From the sequence record OX001577: 40,137 nucleotides of DNA; one strand, given 5' to 3'. The DNA is from Escherichia phage vB_Eco_Mak. Below the pieces are notes generated by a model that made no database searches, was not told the DNA's origin, and saw only the letters and a program-made list of their open reading frames with translations. A program made the translations under genes and the position numbers. Below are positions 26,179-36,124 of the stretch, piece by piece; the stretch's first letter is position 1, and each line of letters starts with the position of its first letter.

Positions 26179-28253
26179 GTAAACTTCAACAGGCTTTAGC
26201 CTCAGTTAAAGCTCCCACTGTTTCCATCAAAGGTGTACAAGGTGCAACGTTCACTGCCCAAAATGTGCAAGCACAGCAAACCAATCAGACCAACTACTCA
26301 GGTCAGTTGTTAGGCATTGCACAGCTAGGGTCACAACTCTATGCAGACTATGTAGACCGTAGAGAGAAACAAGGGAAAGAAAGAGCTGCGGAAATCCTGA
26401 TGAAGAAGATGCAGCCTGAACAGATTCGTGAACTACGACAGTCAGGCGCTCTGCTCTATCAAGATGACCCGTACGCCATGCGTGCTCTTGAACGTGAATT
26501 AGGTCGTCAGGAGGCATACAACGTTGACGCTATGGTTCGTGAACGTATTGCCAATGGCGACTACCCAACTCGTGCAGCAATGGAACAAGACCGTAGTGAT
26601 ATGATGGAGTCTGCCCGTGATGGTATGGCTCAGACTTACGGTATTGAACCAACGTCAGAGTATTTCCGTGAGGGTATGCAAGCTGATATTGTTGAGCGCA
26701 ATATGGCTATCTATGATGCTCAAGCACGTAAGCAAGACCAACGTCACCGCAACGAAGCCCGTGTAGTCATTGAGTCTAACTTAGGTTCACTGGTCAATTC
26801 GGGCAATGGTGGTCACGTTCTGTCTTACCTTCAGGACATGAAGAACAAAGGTGTTATCCGCAATGATGCTGAGTTTGAAACTTATGCTATCAAAGCGGTG
26901 AAAGACCTGTCTCAACGTCCTAACAGCATTGACCAAGTTCGTGCCATTATGGACTCGGACATTCCGCTGTACGGAGGTAAGACAACCTTACGTGCCCGTC
27001 TTGGTGAAGAAATGTTCCGTAACTTCGAGAACTCCGCTGCTGAGTCTACATTGCGTAACAATCAAGAGACGCAACGGTGGTTCACCCAGACGTTAAACTA
27101 TGTGGCTAACCCAGACCTGACACAAGATGGTGCTGAGTTACAAGCATACGATAACCTTGCGAAGTTAGAACAATTTGCTAACCAGACACAAGGTACTGAA
27201 CAAGCGACTGCTGTACGACAACAAATTGAGCAGGCTAAGATTCAGCTTGAGAATAAACTCCGAGCTAAGAACCAAGCCAAGCAGAAAGAGTTAGCTAAAC
27301 AGCAACAGCAATACGTTCGGTTAGCTGCGATTGATGAACGTGTGGAAGGTCGTCTAAGTGGTGACAATCAGTTATCCCTGAAGTTGGATAGCTTTGAGTC
27401 AAATGAAACCACTGGTGAATACACTAAGAATGACCTCAACGCTTACTATCGCATGAAGATGGACGAGATTAAGAACGACCCTCAAATGTCTCAGGAACAG
27501 AAGGCACTCAAGGTGTTGAACATCGGGGCACTACTGAAGGATGAAGACAAAGCGGGATTTAGCGCCCACTTTGGGGAGATGATTAACTCGGCCACTCAGG
27601 AACTCAACAAGTACGGTGTCGCCTTAGATGCTGGCGCTGAGTTACCTCCGACTCCTACCTTGGATTCCATGATGGAGTTGTATAAAGCTGATAAGCAGAA
27701 GTTTGTCAGTGTGTTCGGTTCAGAGTCGTCTTTGATTACTGACCTAGCGGCAGGTGCTACACTTGGTGTTCACCCTGCACGTATCGCACAAGGTCGTATC
27801 GTCTTGGATAAGATGCCTAAGGATGCTCGAATGGCTATGTCATTAGAGTTCCAGAACATGATGTCTAAGACTGATGACATCTATAACTCGCTGCCTGATA
27901 CTCAGAAGGAAAGCCTACAAGCTGCCTATGTGGGTATGTCTGGCTTGTCTAATGCAGACCGAGTGAAGGTACTGAACGAACACCTGAAAGACCAATATCA
28001 ATCACTGACTGACCGTGGATGGTTTAACACTGGTCATGTACGTGGAGTAGTCCCTAAGACTTTCCTTATGGGCGACCCTACCAATCCATCTTCTGTGGAT
28101 GTCGGTAAGGCTAAACTTCAGAAGTACATTACCACTGAGTTCGGTGATAACGGCCTGACAAGCGTCTCTGCTGTTGGTGATACCCTCCTGTTGTGGAATA
28201 CCCTGCGTAATACGCCTCGGTATCTGACCAAGGAGGAGTTGATGAAGTATTAA
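26175..28253 (+). CDS. internal virion protein C (T7 gp15-like)
   Basis: 692-aa ORF (T7 gp15 is 747 aa) between the gp14-like and gp16-like genes; start overlaps the gp14 stop (ATGA). Confidence 0.8.
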   Translation: MSKLQQALASVKAPTVSIKGVQGATFTAQNVQAQQTNQTNYSGQLLGIAQLGSQLYADYVDRREKQGKERAAEILMKKMQPEQIRELRQSGALLYQDDPYAMRALERELGRQEAYNVDAMVRERIANGDYPTRAAMEQDRSDMMESARDGMAQTYGIEPTSEYFREGMQADIVERNMAIYDAQARKQDQRHRNEARVVIESNLGSLVNSGNGGHVLSYLQDMKNKGVIRNDAEFETYAIKAVKDLSQRPNSIDQVRAIMDSDIPLYGGKTTLRARLGEEMFRNFENSAAESTLRNNQETQRWFTQTLNYVANPDLTQDGAELQAYDNLAKLEQFANQTQGTEQATAVRQQIEQAKIQLENKLRAKNQAKQKELAKQQQQYVRLAAIDERVEGRLSGDNQLSLKLDSFESNETTGEYTKNDLNAYYRMKMDEIKNDPQMSQEQKALKVLNIGALLKDEDKAGFSAHFGEMINSATQELNKYGVALDAGAELPPTPTLDSMMELYKADKQKFVSVFGSESSLITDLAAGATLGVHPARIAQGRIVLDKMPKDARMAMSLEFQNMMSKTDDIYNSLPDTQKESLQAAYVGMSGLSNADRVKVLNEHLKDQYQSLTDRGWFNTGHVRGVVPKTFLMGDPTNPSSVDVGKAKLQKYITTEFGDNGLTSVSAVGDTLLLWNTLRNTPRYLTKEELMKY

Positions 28254-28275
28254 TAACACGTAAGGAGGACTTTCA

Positions 28276-31200
28276 ATGAGTTATTCAACTGATACGTCCT
28301 CCACTTCAATGTATCAACGACTGAAGGCATTGAGTGGAGACACACACGGATTAATTACTACCGCTGGCAATGAGCTTGGATTACCTGAAGGCCAAGCTCT
28401 GAAGGTTGGTATGATTGAGTCCGGCTTAAAGGCTGATGCCAGTTCTGGTGTAGCCAAAGGTCTATTCCAATTCACCAAGACTACTTGGGATGCAATGAAG
28501 CAGAAGTATGGTGCTGAGTATGGTATCGACCCTACCGCTTCCCGTACTGACCCTGTAGCTAACACTATCCTTGGTGTGGCTTACCTGAAAGAGAACGCAA
28601 CAAACTATCAGTCAACCTTCGGTAAAGACCCTGAGTTGGTAGACCTATACATGGGTCACTTCTTGGGTCAGTCTGGTCGTAACCAATTCCTGAAAGCAAT
28701 GGAACAGAATCCTAATGCTCCGGCTTATGCTGTGGTAGGTAAACGTTCTGTAGCTAACAACAAAGATGTCTTCTTCAAGAAAGACGGTACTGCTCGCACA
28801 CTGAATGAAGTGTATCAAATGTACTCTAACAAACTGAGTGCAACCGAGCTGGAACAGGACATGAAGACCGACCGTTTGAAGATGGACATTCAGGATGAAT
28901 TGTTGTGGAAAACTCTAGGGCGTAGCCAAGACGGAAGTGCTAACGCAACATTGTCAACCGGAACTGCACCAAGTACACCAAACTTTGACGTCTCCCTTAG
29001 TGACTCCAAGCCTCAGTCTATCGCTGACGCTCTTAGCAGCTACGGTTTGCAAAAGCCTGAAGATACTGTAGAGAAGGACGAACGGTCTTTCTTTGATGGT
29101 GCTTGGGAAGCTGCCAAAGCGGAAATCCGATTGTCACCTATTGGTCGTGACCTACGTGAAAAGTACATTCAGTCAGGTGCTCCGGTAGAGTGGGACTCTG
29201 CGGCTGCTGCTCTGCGTGAGTCATTCAGTGGTCTGTCTCAAAGTGAAATGTTCACAGGTAACATCAATCCGTTAGAGCCTATGGACATTACGCCTGAGAT
29301 GTGGAACACAATCCTGAGCAACGGTGTAGACAAGAAGTGGATGGAGTACATCAAGATGTCCGCTAACCCACAAGACCTTGTTAACCGTGTTCAAATGGCT
29401 CAAGAGATGCAACGTGCAGACCAAGCACGACAAGCGGCTGCTACAGGTGGACAGTTAGTCGGTGGTATTGCTGGTGCATTCGGTGACCCATTGACGTTCG
29501 CTACTGGTGGTACATCCGCTGGTGGTAGCTTAATGACTCGCCTCTTTGTGGCTGGTACTGAAGCTGCTGCTGGTAATGCTGCCAATGAGTTCTCACTGAG
29601 TCAGGAGACACGAGGTGGTGTAGAGACTAACATTGCGGCTGCTGCCTTAGGTGGCTTTGCTGGGGGTGTAGCTCTGCGTGGCCTAGGTGAAGCATTCACT
29701 AATATGTCTGCTGCTGGTCGTATGAGAGCACGTCAAGAGTCTATTGATGCTGGTGTACCGGATGTTACTGCCCGACCTGATGTGGAAGTACCTGAAGGCA
29801 AGACTTGGGTTGAGAAACCTGATGAAGCTGGTGCTGTAGTTGATGAACTCGGTAACACTCACTCTGCCACATCCTTCGGTAATCCTAAGGTAATGGAAGC
29901 TGTGGAAGCTAACAAAGGTATCGAACTTGGTGGCCTTAACTCCATCAGCTACGACCTGCTTCGCAGTGAGTCCACTGAGACTCGTACCATTGCACAGGAC
30001 TTAGTGCGTTCACCTACAGGTATCAAAGGTGGTGGCTCAGGTGTCACTCGTATGACCGCTGAGGACTATCTGGGACGACTTGAAGGGCAAGACAACCTAA
30101 TCTATACCCAAGCGATGAAAGCTCGTGAGAAAGCCTATGAGCACTCTATGTTCGACCTTCAAGGTGGGCGTAATGCTCGTGAAGCTATGGAACGACAAGT
30201 AGTCGAGGCCATTGAGTCCGGTGACTTCAGCCGACTCACTCCTGAGATGAAAGAGTATGCAGACCTGTTGACTACCAACTTCACGGAGAAACACTATGCA
30301 GCCTCAAACATTGCAGCACTGAGTGGCAACGCTGATGCACCTAATGTACTGACCTCCACGATTGACCCTAAGCGTTACGTCCCTGCTATCTATGAAGAAG
30401 GTAAGGTGATTGACGCTAAGATGCGGTTTGACCCTGAAGGTAAGTACGAAGGTCTGTACAACGAGATTCAAGCAAATTGGACTGCTCAATGGAAGAACAA
30501 CCACAACGGTGTTCGTGAGCGTATGAAAGCCTTGTTTGATGAAGACAACTCTAAGTTCGCAGAAGACTTACGCGCTAAGTTGACCAAGGACAAGGAGCTG
30601 GATGTTGTACCTGAGGGTAAACAGAAGTCTGCCCGTATGGAGAAACAAGAGGGTATCCAAGCCAAGATTAGCAAGGCTGAGGAACTGCGTCAGAAGAACG
30701 CTGTCAAGTTACAGAAAGCACGTAAACCTGAAACTAGAGCTAAGTATGAGGGTCTTGTACAGAAGTATGACAAGCAATTGTCTGAACTGAAGACAGAACT
30801 CGAAATGACTAAGCCTATGGATGAAGACAAGCTGCTGGAAATCTATGCACAGCGTTACATCGAGCGTAAGTCCTACGGTATTGCCAAGAATGGTGAGTTC
30901 ACCCACTCGTCTTCTCTTGAGGATGTAGACCTGAGTGATTCACTGGTAGGTATCGAAAATAACAACTTCACCCAAGAGCGTAACATCTTTGATATGGCCT
31001 ATGAGTCTATCGCTAAGGATGGTGAACCGTTCTCTCTGAATGACCTCCGTCACTTCGATATGATGAACGCTATGTCAATGTACAACAAGCGCATGAACGG
31101 TGATATTGCTATCCATGCCTCAACAGGTAAGACAACGAAAGACCTCAAAGATGCTATCGTAGCGTTGCCTGAAGGCCGTGACCGTACTAACCTTGACCAA

Positions 31201-32601
31201 CTGACCCGATTGATTACTGGCCGCCGTAGAGCTGAAGACCCTGCGTCTGCCTTGGTGACTGCAATTCGTGGTCTGCAAGATTGGTCGTTCCTGTCTAACT
31301 CTGCGCAGATGTGGGTGAACAACCTAACTGAAGTATCAGGGTGGGCAACTAACCGGATGATGTTTGTGGCTCGTAATGGTGTCAAAGGTCTGAACCAACT
31401 GTTGAACCCAGAAACGAAGTTCTCTAAGGCTGACCTGAAGGACTTTGCTGATGGTCTGTTCGGCTATGACCTGAACACTTCGTTGTTACCTTCCTACCGG
31501 AACATCAAAGACCAACTGATTAAGACAGGTGCTAGCGAACGTGCTGCTTCAATCGCTGCTGGTATTCGTACAAGTGGTGCATTGGCTGCAAGTCATAAGT
31601 ACAACATCTACACTAAGCTGTTGAACAAGACTACTGAAGGTCTGGTCAATATGGCACGTAGTGGTGTACTGAGTGACATCACACACGAAGCATTCGGTGG
31701 TGTGCGTATCAATAAGGCTATCTTGAGGAATGCCTCAATCACTGAGAAACAGTATGCAGGTGTCTTGGATATGTTACGTCAGCACATCAAAGTGCAAGAC
31801 GGTAAGTATGTCCCTGATGTGCAGGCCATTAAGCGTGACGTTAGGTCTAATGACCTGTGGCGCTTAGCGGACTACATTGCGTCTGACTCTGTGATGCGAA
31901 CAAACAAGGTGGGCTTCAACTATGTGGCTAAACCTAATGCCTTTATGAACCTTGCGTTGCAGTTCAAGTCCTTCATGTTGAAGGGTCTGAATGCTCGCAC
32001 TGTTCGTATGTGGCATGAGTCATTCCAAGGTAAGTCTATTGACAACGCTATGCGAGTTATCGTTGGTGCTGGTATCACTGGTGCTATCTGGGCTGCACAG
32101 GCTCACTACCGTTCTATTGGTATTCCACCTGAGCAACGCCAAGAGTACCTTGAGCGTATGTTAGACCCTAGCATGGTAGCTTATCAGGCATTCTCACGTA
32201 GTGCTGAGATGGGTACTGTACTTGGTGGTGTAAACCTCGCGTTGACTCCATTCACAGACAGTGACCTGTTCCGTTTAGGTCGTTCTACCGTAGACCCTGT
32301 ACGGGCTATGAAAGGACGCTCACCTTTACGTGCAGACGTTCTGAATCAACAAGCTGTCGGTGAACAACTTGGTGACGCTGTGTACAACACAATGCCAGCC
32401 TTGAAGTTCATTGGTACTGCTGGTGTCCTTCCGGCTAACGCTGTGCAATGGGCACTTGCCGACCACGGCTATCAGTCTGACATGCAGGCTCGTACCTTCT
32501 TTGAGAACTTAGCGTCTGCTGCTCCTAATGCTCCTGAGATTCAGTGGTTAATCGGGATGATGGCACAAGATGCAGGTGCTTCAGGTAAGGGTATGTGGTA
32601 A
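28276..32601 (+). CDS. internal virion protein D with N-terminal lytic transglycosylase domain (T7 gp16-like)
   Basis: 1441 aa. N-terminal SLT-like motifs (GMIESGLKADASSGVAKGLFQFTKTTWDA, AYL) parallel the remembered T7 gp16 N-terminus (AWTESRF...GPLGMMQFTKAT). Internal matches include DLVRSPTG, GIENN.F...RN.FD, DLR.FDM, NGDIAIH.STGKTTK.LKD, QFKSF..K.LN, EYLERMLDP.M.A. Confidence 0.9.
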   Translation: MSYSTDTSSTSMYQRLKALSGDTHGLITTAGNELGLPEGQALKVGMIESGLKADASSGVAKGLFQFTKTTWDAMKQKYGAEYGIDPTASRTDPVANTILGVAYLKENATNYQSTFGKDPELVDLYMGHFLGQSGRNQFLKAMEQNPNAPAYAVVGKRSVANNKDVFFKKDGTARTLNEVYQMYSNKLSATELEQDMKTDRLKMDIQDELLWKTLGRSQDGSANATLSTGTAPSTPNFDVSLSDSKPQSIADALSSYGLQKPEDTVEKDERSFFDGAWEAAKAEIRLSPIGRDLREKYIQSGAPVEWDSAAAALRESFSGLSQSEMFTGNINPLEPMDITPEMWNTILSNGVDKKWMEYIKMSANPQDLVNRVQMAQEMQRADQARQAAATGGQLVGGIAGAFGDPLTFATGGTSAGGSLMTRLFVAGTEAAAGNAANEFSLSQETRGGVETNIAAAALGGFAGGVALRGLGEAFTNMSAAGRMRARQESIDAGVPDVTARPDVEVPEGKTWVEKPDEAGAVVDELGNTHSATSFGNPKVMEAVEANKGIELGGLNSISYDLLRSESTETRTIAQDLVRSPTGIKGGGSGVTRMTAEDYLGRLEGQDNLIYTQAMKAREKAYEHSMFDLQGGRNAREAMERQVVEAIESGDFSRLTPEMKEYADLLTTNFTEKHYAASNIAALSGNADAPNVLTSTIDPKRYVPAIYEEGKVIDAKMRFDPEGKYEGLYNEIQANWTAQWKNNHNGVRERMKALFDEDNSKFAEDLRAKLTKDKELDVVPEGKQKSARMEKQEGIQAKISKAEELRQKNAVKLQKARKPETRAKYEGLVQKYDKQLSELKTELEMTKPMDEDKLLEIYAQRYIERKSYGIAKNGEFTHSSSLEDVDLSDSLVGIENNNFTQERNIFDMAYESIAKDGEPFSLNDLRHFDMMNAMSMYNKRMNGDIAIHASTGKTTKDLKDAIVALPEGRDRTNLDQLTRLITGRRRAEDPASALVTAIRGLQDWSFLSNSAQMWVNNLTEVSGWATNRMMFVARNGVKGLNQLLNPETKFSKADLKDFADGLFGYDLNTSLLPSYRNIKDQLIKTGASERAASIAAGIRTSGALAASHKYNIYTKLLNKTTEGLVNMARSGVLSDITHEAFGGVRINKAILRNASITEKQYAGVLDMLRQHIKVQDGKYVPDVQAIKRDVRSNDLWRLADYIASDSVMRTNKVGFNYVAKPNAFMNLALQFKSFMLKGLNARTVRMWHESFQGKSIDNAMRVIVGAGITGAIWAAQAHYRSIGIPPEQRQEYLERMLDPSMVAYQAFSRSAEMGTVLGGVNLALTPFTDSDLFRLGRSTVDPVRAMKGRSPLRADVLNQQAVGEQLGDAVYNTMPALKFIGTAGVLPANAVQWALADHGYQSDMQARTFFENLASAAPNAPEIQWLIGMMAQDAGASGKGMW

Positions 32602-32624
32602 TTAACACCCACTATTGGAGAGGG
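32600..32624 (+). promoter_or_regulatory. phage RNAP late promoter (before tail fiber)
   Basis: AATTAACACCCACTATTGGAGAGGG overlapping the gp16 stop; followed by hairpin AGGGAGGC-TAAAT-GTCTCCCT (32621..32641). Confidence 0.75.
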
Positions 32625-32677
32625 AGGCTAAATGTCTCCCTACTTAATGTCTATAACAATTAGTGTAAGGAGGATAA

Positions 32678-34546
32678 ATGGCTAACGCTACTCCATTCTA
32701 TACACGGTCGCCTAAGACTATTGTCGTTTATCCGATTAATGGTCAGACAGAGTTCACTATTCCCTTTGAGTTTCTAGCTCGTAAGTTCGTAGTGGTAACA
32801 CTGTTGGGTGTAGACCGTTTACCGTTGGTACTCAATACCGACTATCGTTTTGTGTCTGTGAATCGTATTCAGTTACTCTCTCCGGTTCCCGCTGGGTATC
32901 CTAACATTGAGTTACGCCGATTGACTTCCGCTACTGACCGACTGGTCGATTTTCACGATGGGTCTATCCTACGTGCTTACGACTTAAACTTGGCTCAGAT
33001 TCAGACCATGCACGTTGCTGAAGAAGCTCGTGACCTGACTGCGGACAACATTGGTGTAAACGATAACGGCGACCTTGATGCTCGTAACCGTAAGATTGTC
33101 AACTTGGCTAACGGTACAGAGAACAACGATGCTGTGAACTTGGGTCAGTTACGTCAGTTCGATACATCCACTGCTAACAATGCTGACCGTGCTGAGGCTG
33201 CAAAGAATCGTGCTGTACAAGCTGAGACTAACACTGCGCGTGACTCTGCGTCTGCCGCTGTGAATGCTACCAAGGCTGTAGCGTCTGCTGGTACTGCTGT
33301 GCAGGCTGCAAGTGATGCCAATCGGTCTTACGATAAGATTGTCCCTTTGGAACAGTCCACTGTGGCTAACGCTCAGGTAGCAACTCAACAGGCTCAACGT
33401 TCTCAGAGCGAAGCAGACCGAGCTAAGAGTGAGGCTGACAAGCTGGCTAACATTAACCAGTTCGCACAGACCATTGAACGTGTAGACGGTACTGCTCCGG
33501 TATTTAAAAGCAACCTAGCGATTGGAGGTAATTCCGCATCTACTCATGCTTACATTAGTATTAACTCAAAGGCATCCGATGAAAGTGGTGTAACACGAAA
33601 AGGGTTTATTGGGGTTGCTGGTGAAAACGAGAAACACATTACCGTTGGTTCAGATGTTAGTGCTGTTCGTTTACAAACACCTAGTGGTTCTGTTCAAGTT
33701 GGTGGTAATCTAGTACATTCTGCTGCCAACAGACTATTGGTATCTGCACAGGATGATAATGACTGCTATATCGACATTGCTGCCAGAAACTCTGAGAATA
33801 AGTTTCGTCGTATTTATTCAGGTGGCGGTAGGTTAGCAGTGACAGAGAACGTGTCAACAACTGGTGAGTGGTTGCGAGATATTATCAGCACATACCAATA
33901 CCCTAGTGACCCAAGACGCGGTATCTTTGAGGTTGGTAACGCCAATATGCGCTCAAAGGCGTGGGGTTCCACTTGGGCGGATAGTTTAACAACTTGGAAC
34001 TCTGGTAACTTTGTTGATGCAAACTATGCTGCTGGGTCTGCAATTTCTGCTGTGACCCTTAGTGTCCCTTCTCGACCTAGTGTAGGGTGGCCGACTAACA
34101 TTGGATTTGGTACTTTGATGGACGGTCGTGCCGGTCTTATGAATCCTTACATCTGGGCGGCTGGTATGGATAATGCAGAGTTACGAGGTTGGGAGTTCCA
34201 ATCTGACGGTCGTATTCGCTCATTTAACCAGTTAGGTAGCTTAGGTATTGTGTCGTTTATGGGAGACTGGGCACCTCGTAATGCCCCTATTGGTGCTGCT
34301 GGGTACAGTGGAGGACTTCAGATTCGTTACGGTGTTGTCTATGCTGCACAGGCAGAGGCATGGAACTGGCACGCTTACTCTGAACCTTTCCCTACTGCTA
34401 CCCTCTCTGTTGCATTGACACAGCGTAACCCGCCACGTTTCGACAATACTTGGAACCCGAAGATTGGCTCTGTGAACAACACAGGTTTTAACTTTGCTGG
34501 TGGTGGTCAGGAACGTGACTTCTATTACATCGCTGTAGGTTACTAA
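32678..34546 (+). CDS. tail fiber protein (T7 gp17-like N-terminal domain, divergent C-terminal domain)
   Basis: N-terminal third is highly similar to remembered T7 gp17 (FEFLARKFVVVTLLGVDR, DYRF, IELRR.TS.TDRLVDF.DGSILRAYDLN.AQIQTMHVAEEARDLT.D.IGVN..G.LDAR.R.IVNLANG). After about residue 250 the similarity is lost. Confidence 0.9.
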   Translation: MANATPFYTRSPKTIVVYPINGQTEFTIPFEFLARKFVVVTLLGVDRLPLVLNTDYRFVSVNRIQLLSPVPAGYPNIELRRLTSATDRLVDFHDGSILRAYDLNLAQIQTMHVAEEARDLTADNIGVNDNGDLDARNRKIVNLANGTENNDAVNLGQLRQFDTSTANNADRAEAAKNRAVQAETNTARDSASAAVNATKAVASAGTAVQAASDANRSYDKIVPLEQSTVANAQVATQQAQRSQSEADRAKSEADKLANINQFAQTIERVDGTAPVFKSNLAIGGNSASTHAYISINSKASDESGVTRKGFIGVAGENEKHITVGSDVSAVRLQTPSGSVQVGGNLVHSAANRLLVSAQDDNDCYIDIAARNSENKFRRIYSGGGRLAVTENVSTTGEWLRDIISTYQYPSDPRRGIFEVGNANMRSKAWGSTWADSLTTWNSGNFVDANYAAGSAISAVTLSVPSRPSVGWPTNIGFGTLMDGRAGLMNPYIWAAGMDNAELRGWEFQSDGRIRSFNQLGSLGIVSFMGDWAPRNAPIGAAGYSGGLQIRYGVVYAAQAEAWNWHAYSEPFPTATLSVALTQRNPPRFDNTWNPKIGSVNNTGFNFAGGGQERDFYYIAVGY

Positions 34547-34555
34547 GGAGGAACA

Positions 34556-34900
34556 ATGTACTTAAACTATTCACAAGCTATGCAGGCTTTGTTGGATGGT
34601 TATGATGTCATTCGGGAGAGCACAGGACGTGTTCTCTCTGTTGATAAGACCAACAACAATATGTTTGCCTACTGGCCTGAACTTGGTGAAGGTCTGCGGG
34701 ATACACCAATGAGTCAAGAAGACTTAGAGGCAACCGACTGGAAAATCTATGACCATAATGGTAACGATGCTCCTGAGGACTCCTCTCAGTTCGACATCAA
34801 GGTTCCTGTGGACACCAAGCAACAACAAATTGATGAACTAACTGATAAGTTAGCAAATCTTGAACAGAAACTCATGGAGGTGCTAAATGCCAAGTCCTAA
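34556..34900 (+). CDS. small protein, possibly DUF2829-like (tentative, from recalled motif pattern)
   Basis: 114-aa ORF with RBS AAGGAGG. N-terminal ..AMQALLDGYDV.R...G and later W.....PMSQEDLEATDWKIY resemble the F.EAL.ALK.G..V.R.GW ... W.PSQ.DLLAEDW.I pattern I recall for DUF2829, plus a C-terminal coiled-coil tail. Family assignment is from memory, not a search. Confidence 0.55.
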   Translation: MYLNYSQAMQALLDGYDVIRESTGRVLSVDKTNNNMFAYWPELGEGLRDTPMSQEDLEATDWKIYDHNGNDAPEDSSQFDIKVPVDTKQQQIDELTDKLANLEQKLMEVLNAKS

Positions 34901-35972
34901 AGCTCAAGACACTGTTGAGTTCGGATGGTCTGGTACTGATGGTTATATTCGTAATGGAGGTAAGTACAACCTCCTTACGTCTAAGCCTAAGATGACCTTT
35001 GCGTATGACACAGTGATGTACTCAACTGACCCTGCCGTAGAGGATGTTCGGACAGTTGGACTGCAAGTGTTCCCACTTCAGCCTAACGAAATGTCTGAAC
35101 TGAATGCCTACGCTGTGGCTCACTCAATCAATGACCCGTGGAATCCGGCAGACCCTGCTGACCCTGTTGGTAAACCTGAGCATCCTGTCACTAACATGAT
35201 TTACTCGTTTGACACTGCGTCTGGCCGATTGGTTCCAGTCAATGTGTATGCCCAAGATGGTGACTTCTGGGTAGGTGACCAAGCGTCAACCAATGAGAAA
35301 CGACTGGCTGTGTTACGTCAGGTTGGTAGTGGGTTTACTGCTGCCTTGGTTCACATTACCGATGCTGGTCATGTTCAGGTAACTCGAACAGATAATGCAG
35401 GTAATATGGTGTCTCTGGACATTGGAGATACAGATATTGGCATCACCACGAGTGCTGGCCGTAAGCGGTTTGTTACCGAGGATGAACTGCCTCCTCCGCC
35501 TCCACCTCCTGCTGCACCTGTTGTCCAGTCTATTGACTTGGTAGATACCGTGAAACTTGCAGGTGCAAACTACGTGTCTAACACTGCTGTGCTAACTCAA
35601 ACGTTGATGCAGGAGAATGGTACTGGCGACTACGTTGTGAAGCATCGCCTTGTCAGCTACGGCACGTTCAACTTCCCAGCTACATCATCAAACACTAAGT
35701 CAACCACATTGTCTTTGTCTGGGATGTTCTCTGGCAATCAATATGTGTTCTGTGACGAGATGACAATCAGTGGTTGGACTGTATCTGGTGGTTCTAACCC
35801 AACACAGCACAGTTATCGTATTGACCAGACCAAGCGACAGACAAACCAAATTGTTGTGCAAGCAAATGGTACGACTAACGGTGCTCTGACTGTCGCTGCC
35901 ACTATTGTGATTGAGTTTAATCTGCCTAACCAAGACTACGGCTTAGGTGTCCCATTCCCTGAATTTGCGTAA
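34887..35972 (+). CDS. hypothetical two-domain protein with polyproline hinge
   Basis: 361-aa ORF with RBS GGAGG 6 nt upstream. An N-terminal domain of about 190 aa, a PPPPPPPAAP linker, and a C-terminal domain of about 160 aa rich in Thr/Ser/Gly/Asn. No family recognised. Confidence 0.65.
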   Translation: MPSPKAQDTVEFGWSGTDGYIRNGGKYNLLTSKPKMTFAYDTVMYSTDPAVEDVRTVGLQVFPLQPNEMSELNAYAVAHSINDPWNPADPADPVGKPEHPVTNMIYSFDTASGRLVPVNVYAQDGDFWVGDQASTNEKRLAVLRQVGSGFTAALVHITDAGHVQVTRTDNAGNMVSLDIGDTDIGITTSAGRKRFVTEDELPPPPPPPAAPVVQSIDLVDTVKLAGANYVSNTAVLTQTLMQENGTGDYVVKHRLVSYGTFNFPATSSNTKSTTLSLSGMFSGNQYVFCDEMTISGWTVSGGSNPTQHSYRIDQTKRQTNQIVVQANGTTNGALTVAATIVIEFNLPNQDYGLGVPFPEFA

Positions 35973-35983
35973 GGAGGTAAATC

Positions 35984-36124
35984 GTGAAGGTTAAAAAGCG
36001 TATTGTTGCCGCTGTGGTTCTGGCATCCCTGATTGTTCTGGGTGCTATCTTTGAAACCGACCTGACCAAGATGGCTGACGCTCTGGTGTCCGTCTCTTGC
36101 TCTATCGTTGAGTGTACACAATGA
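35984..36124 (+). CDS. possible 46-aa single-pass membrane protein (GTG start)
   Basis: Read by hand: GTG 35984 with AAGGAGG 6 nt upstream; VKVKKRIVAAVVLASLIVLGAIFETDLTKMADALVSVSCSIVECTQ. Its stop overlaps the holin start (ATGA). Not in the track (under 60 aa). Confidence 0.35.
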   Translation: MKVKKRIVAAVVLASLIVLGAIFETDLTKMADALVSVSCSIVECTQ

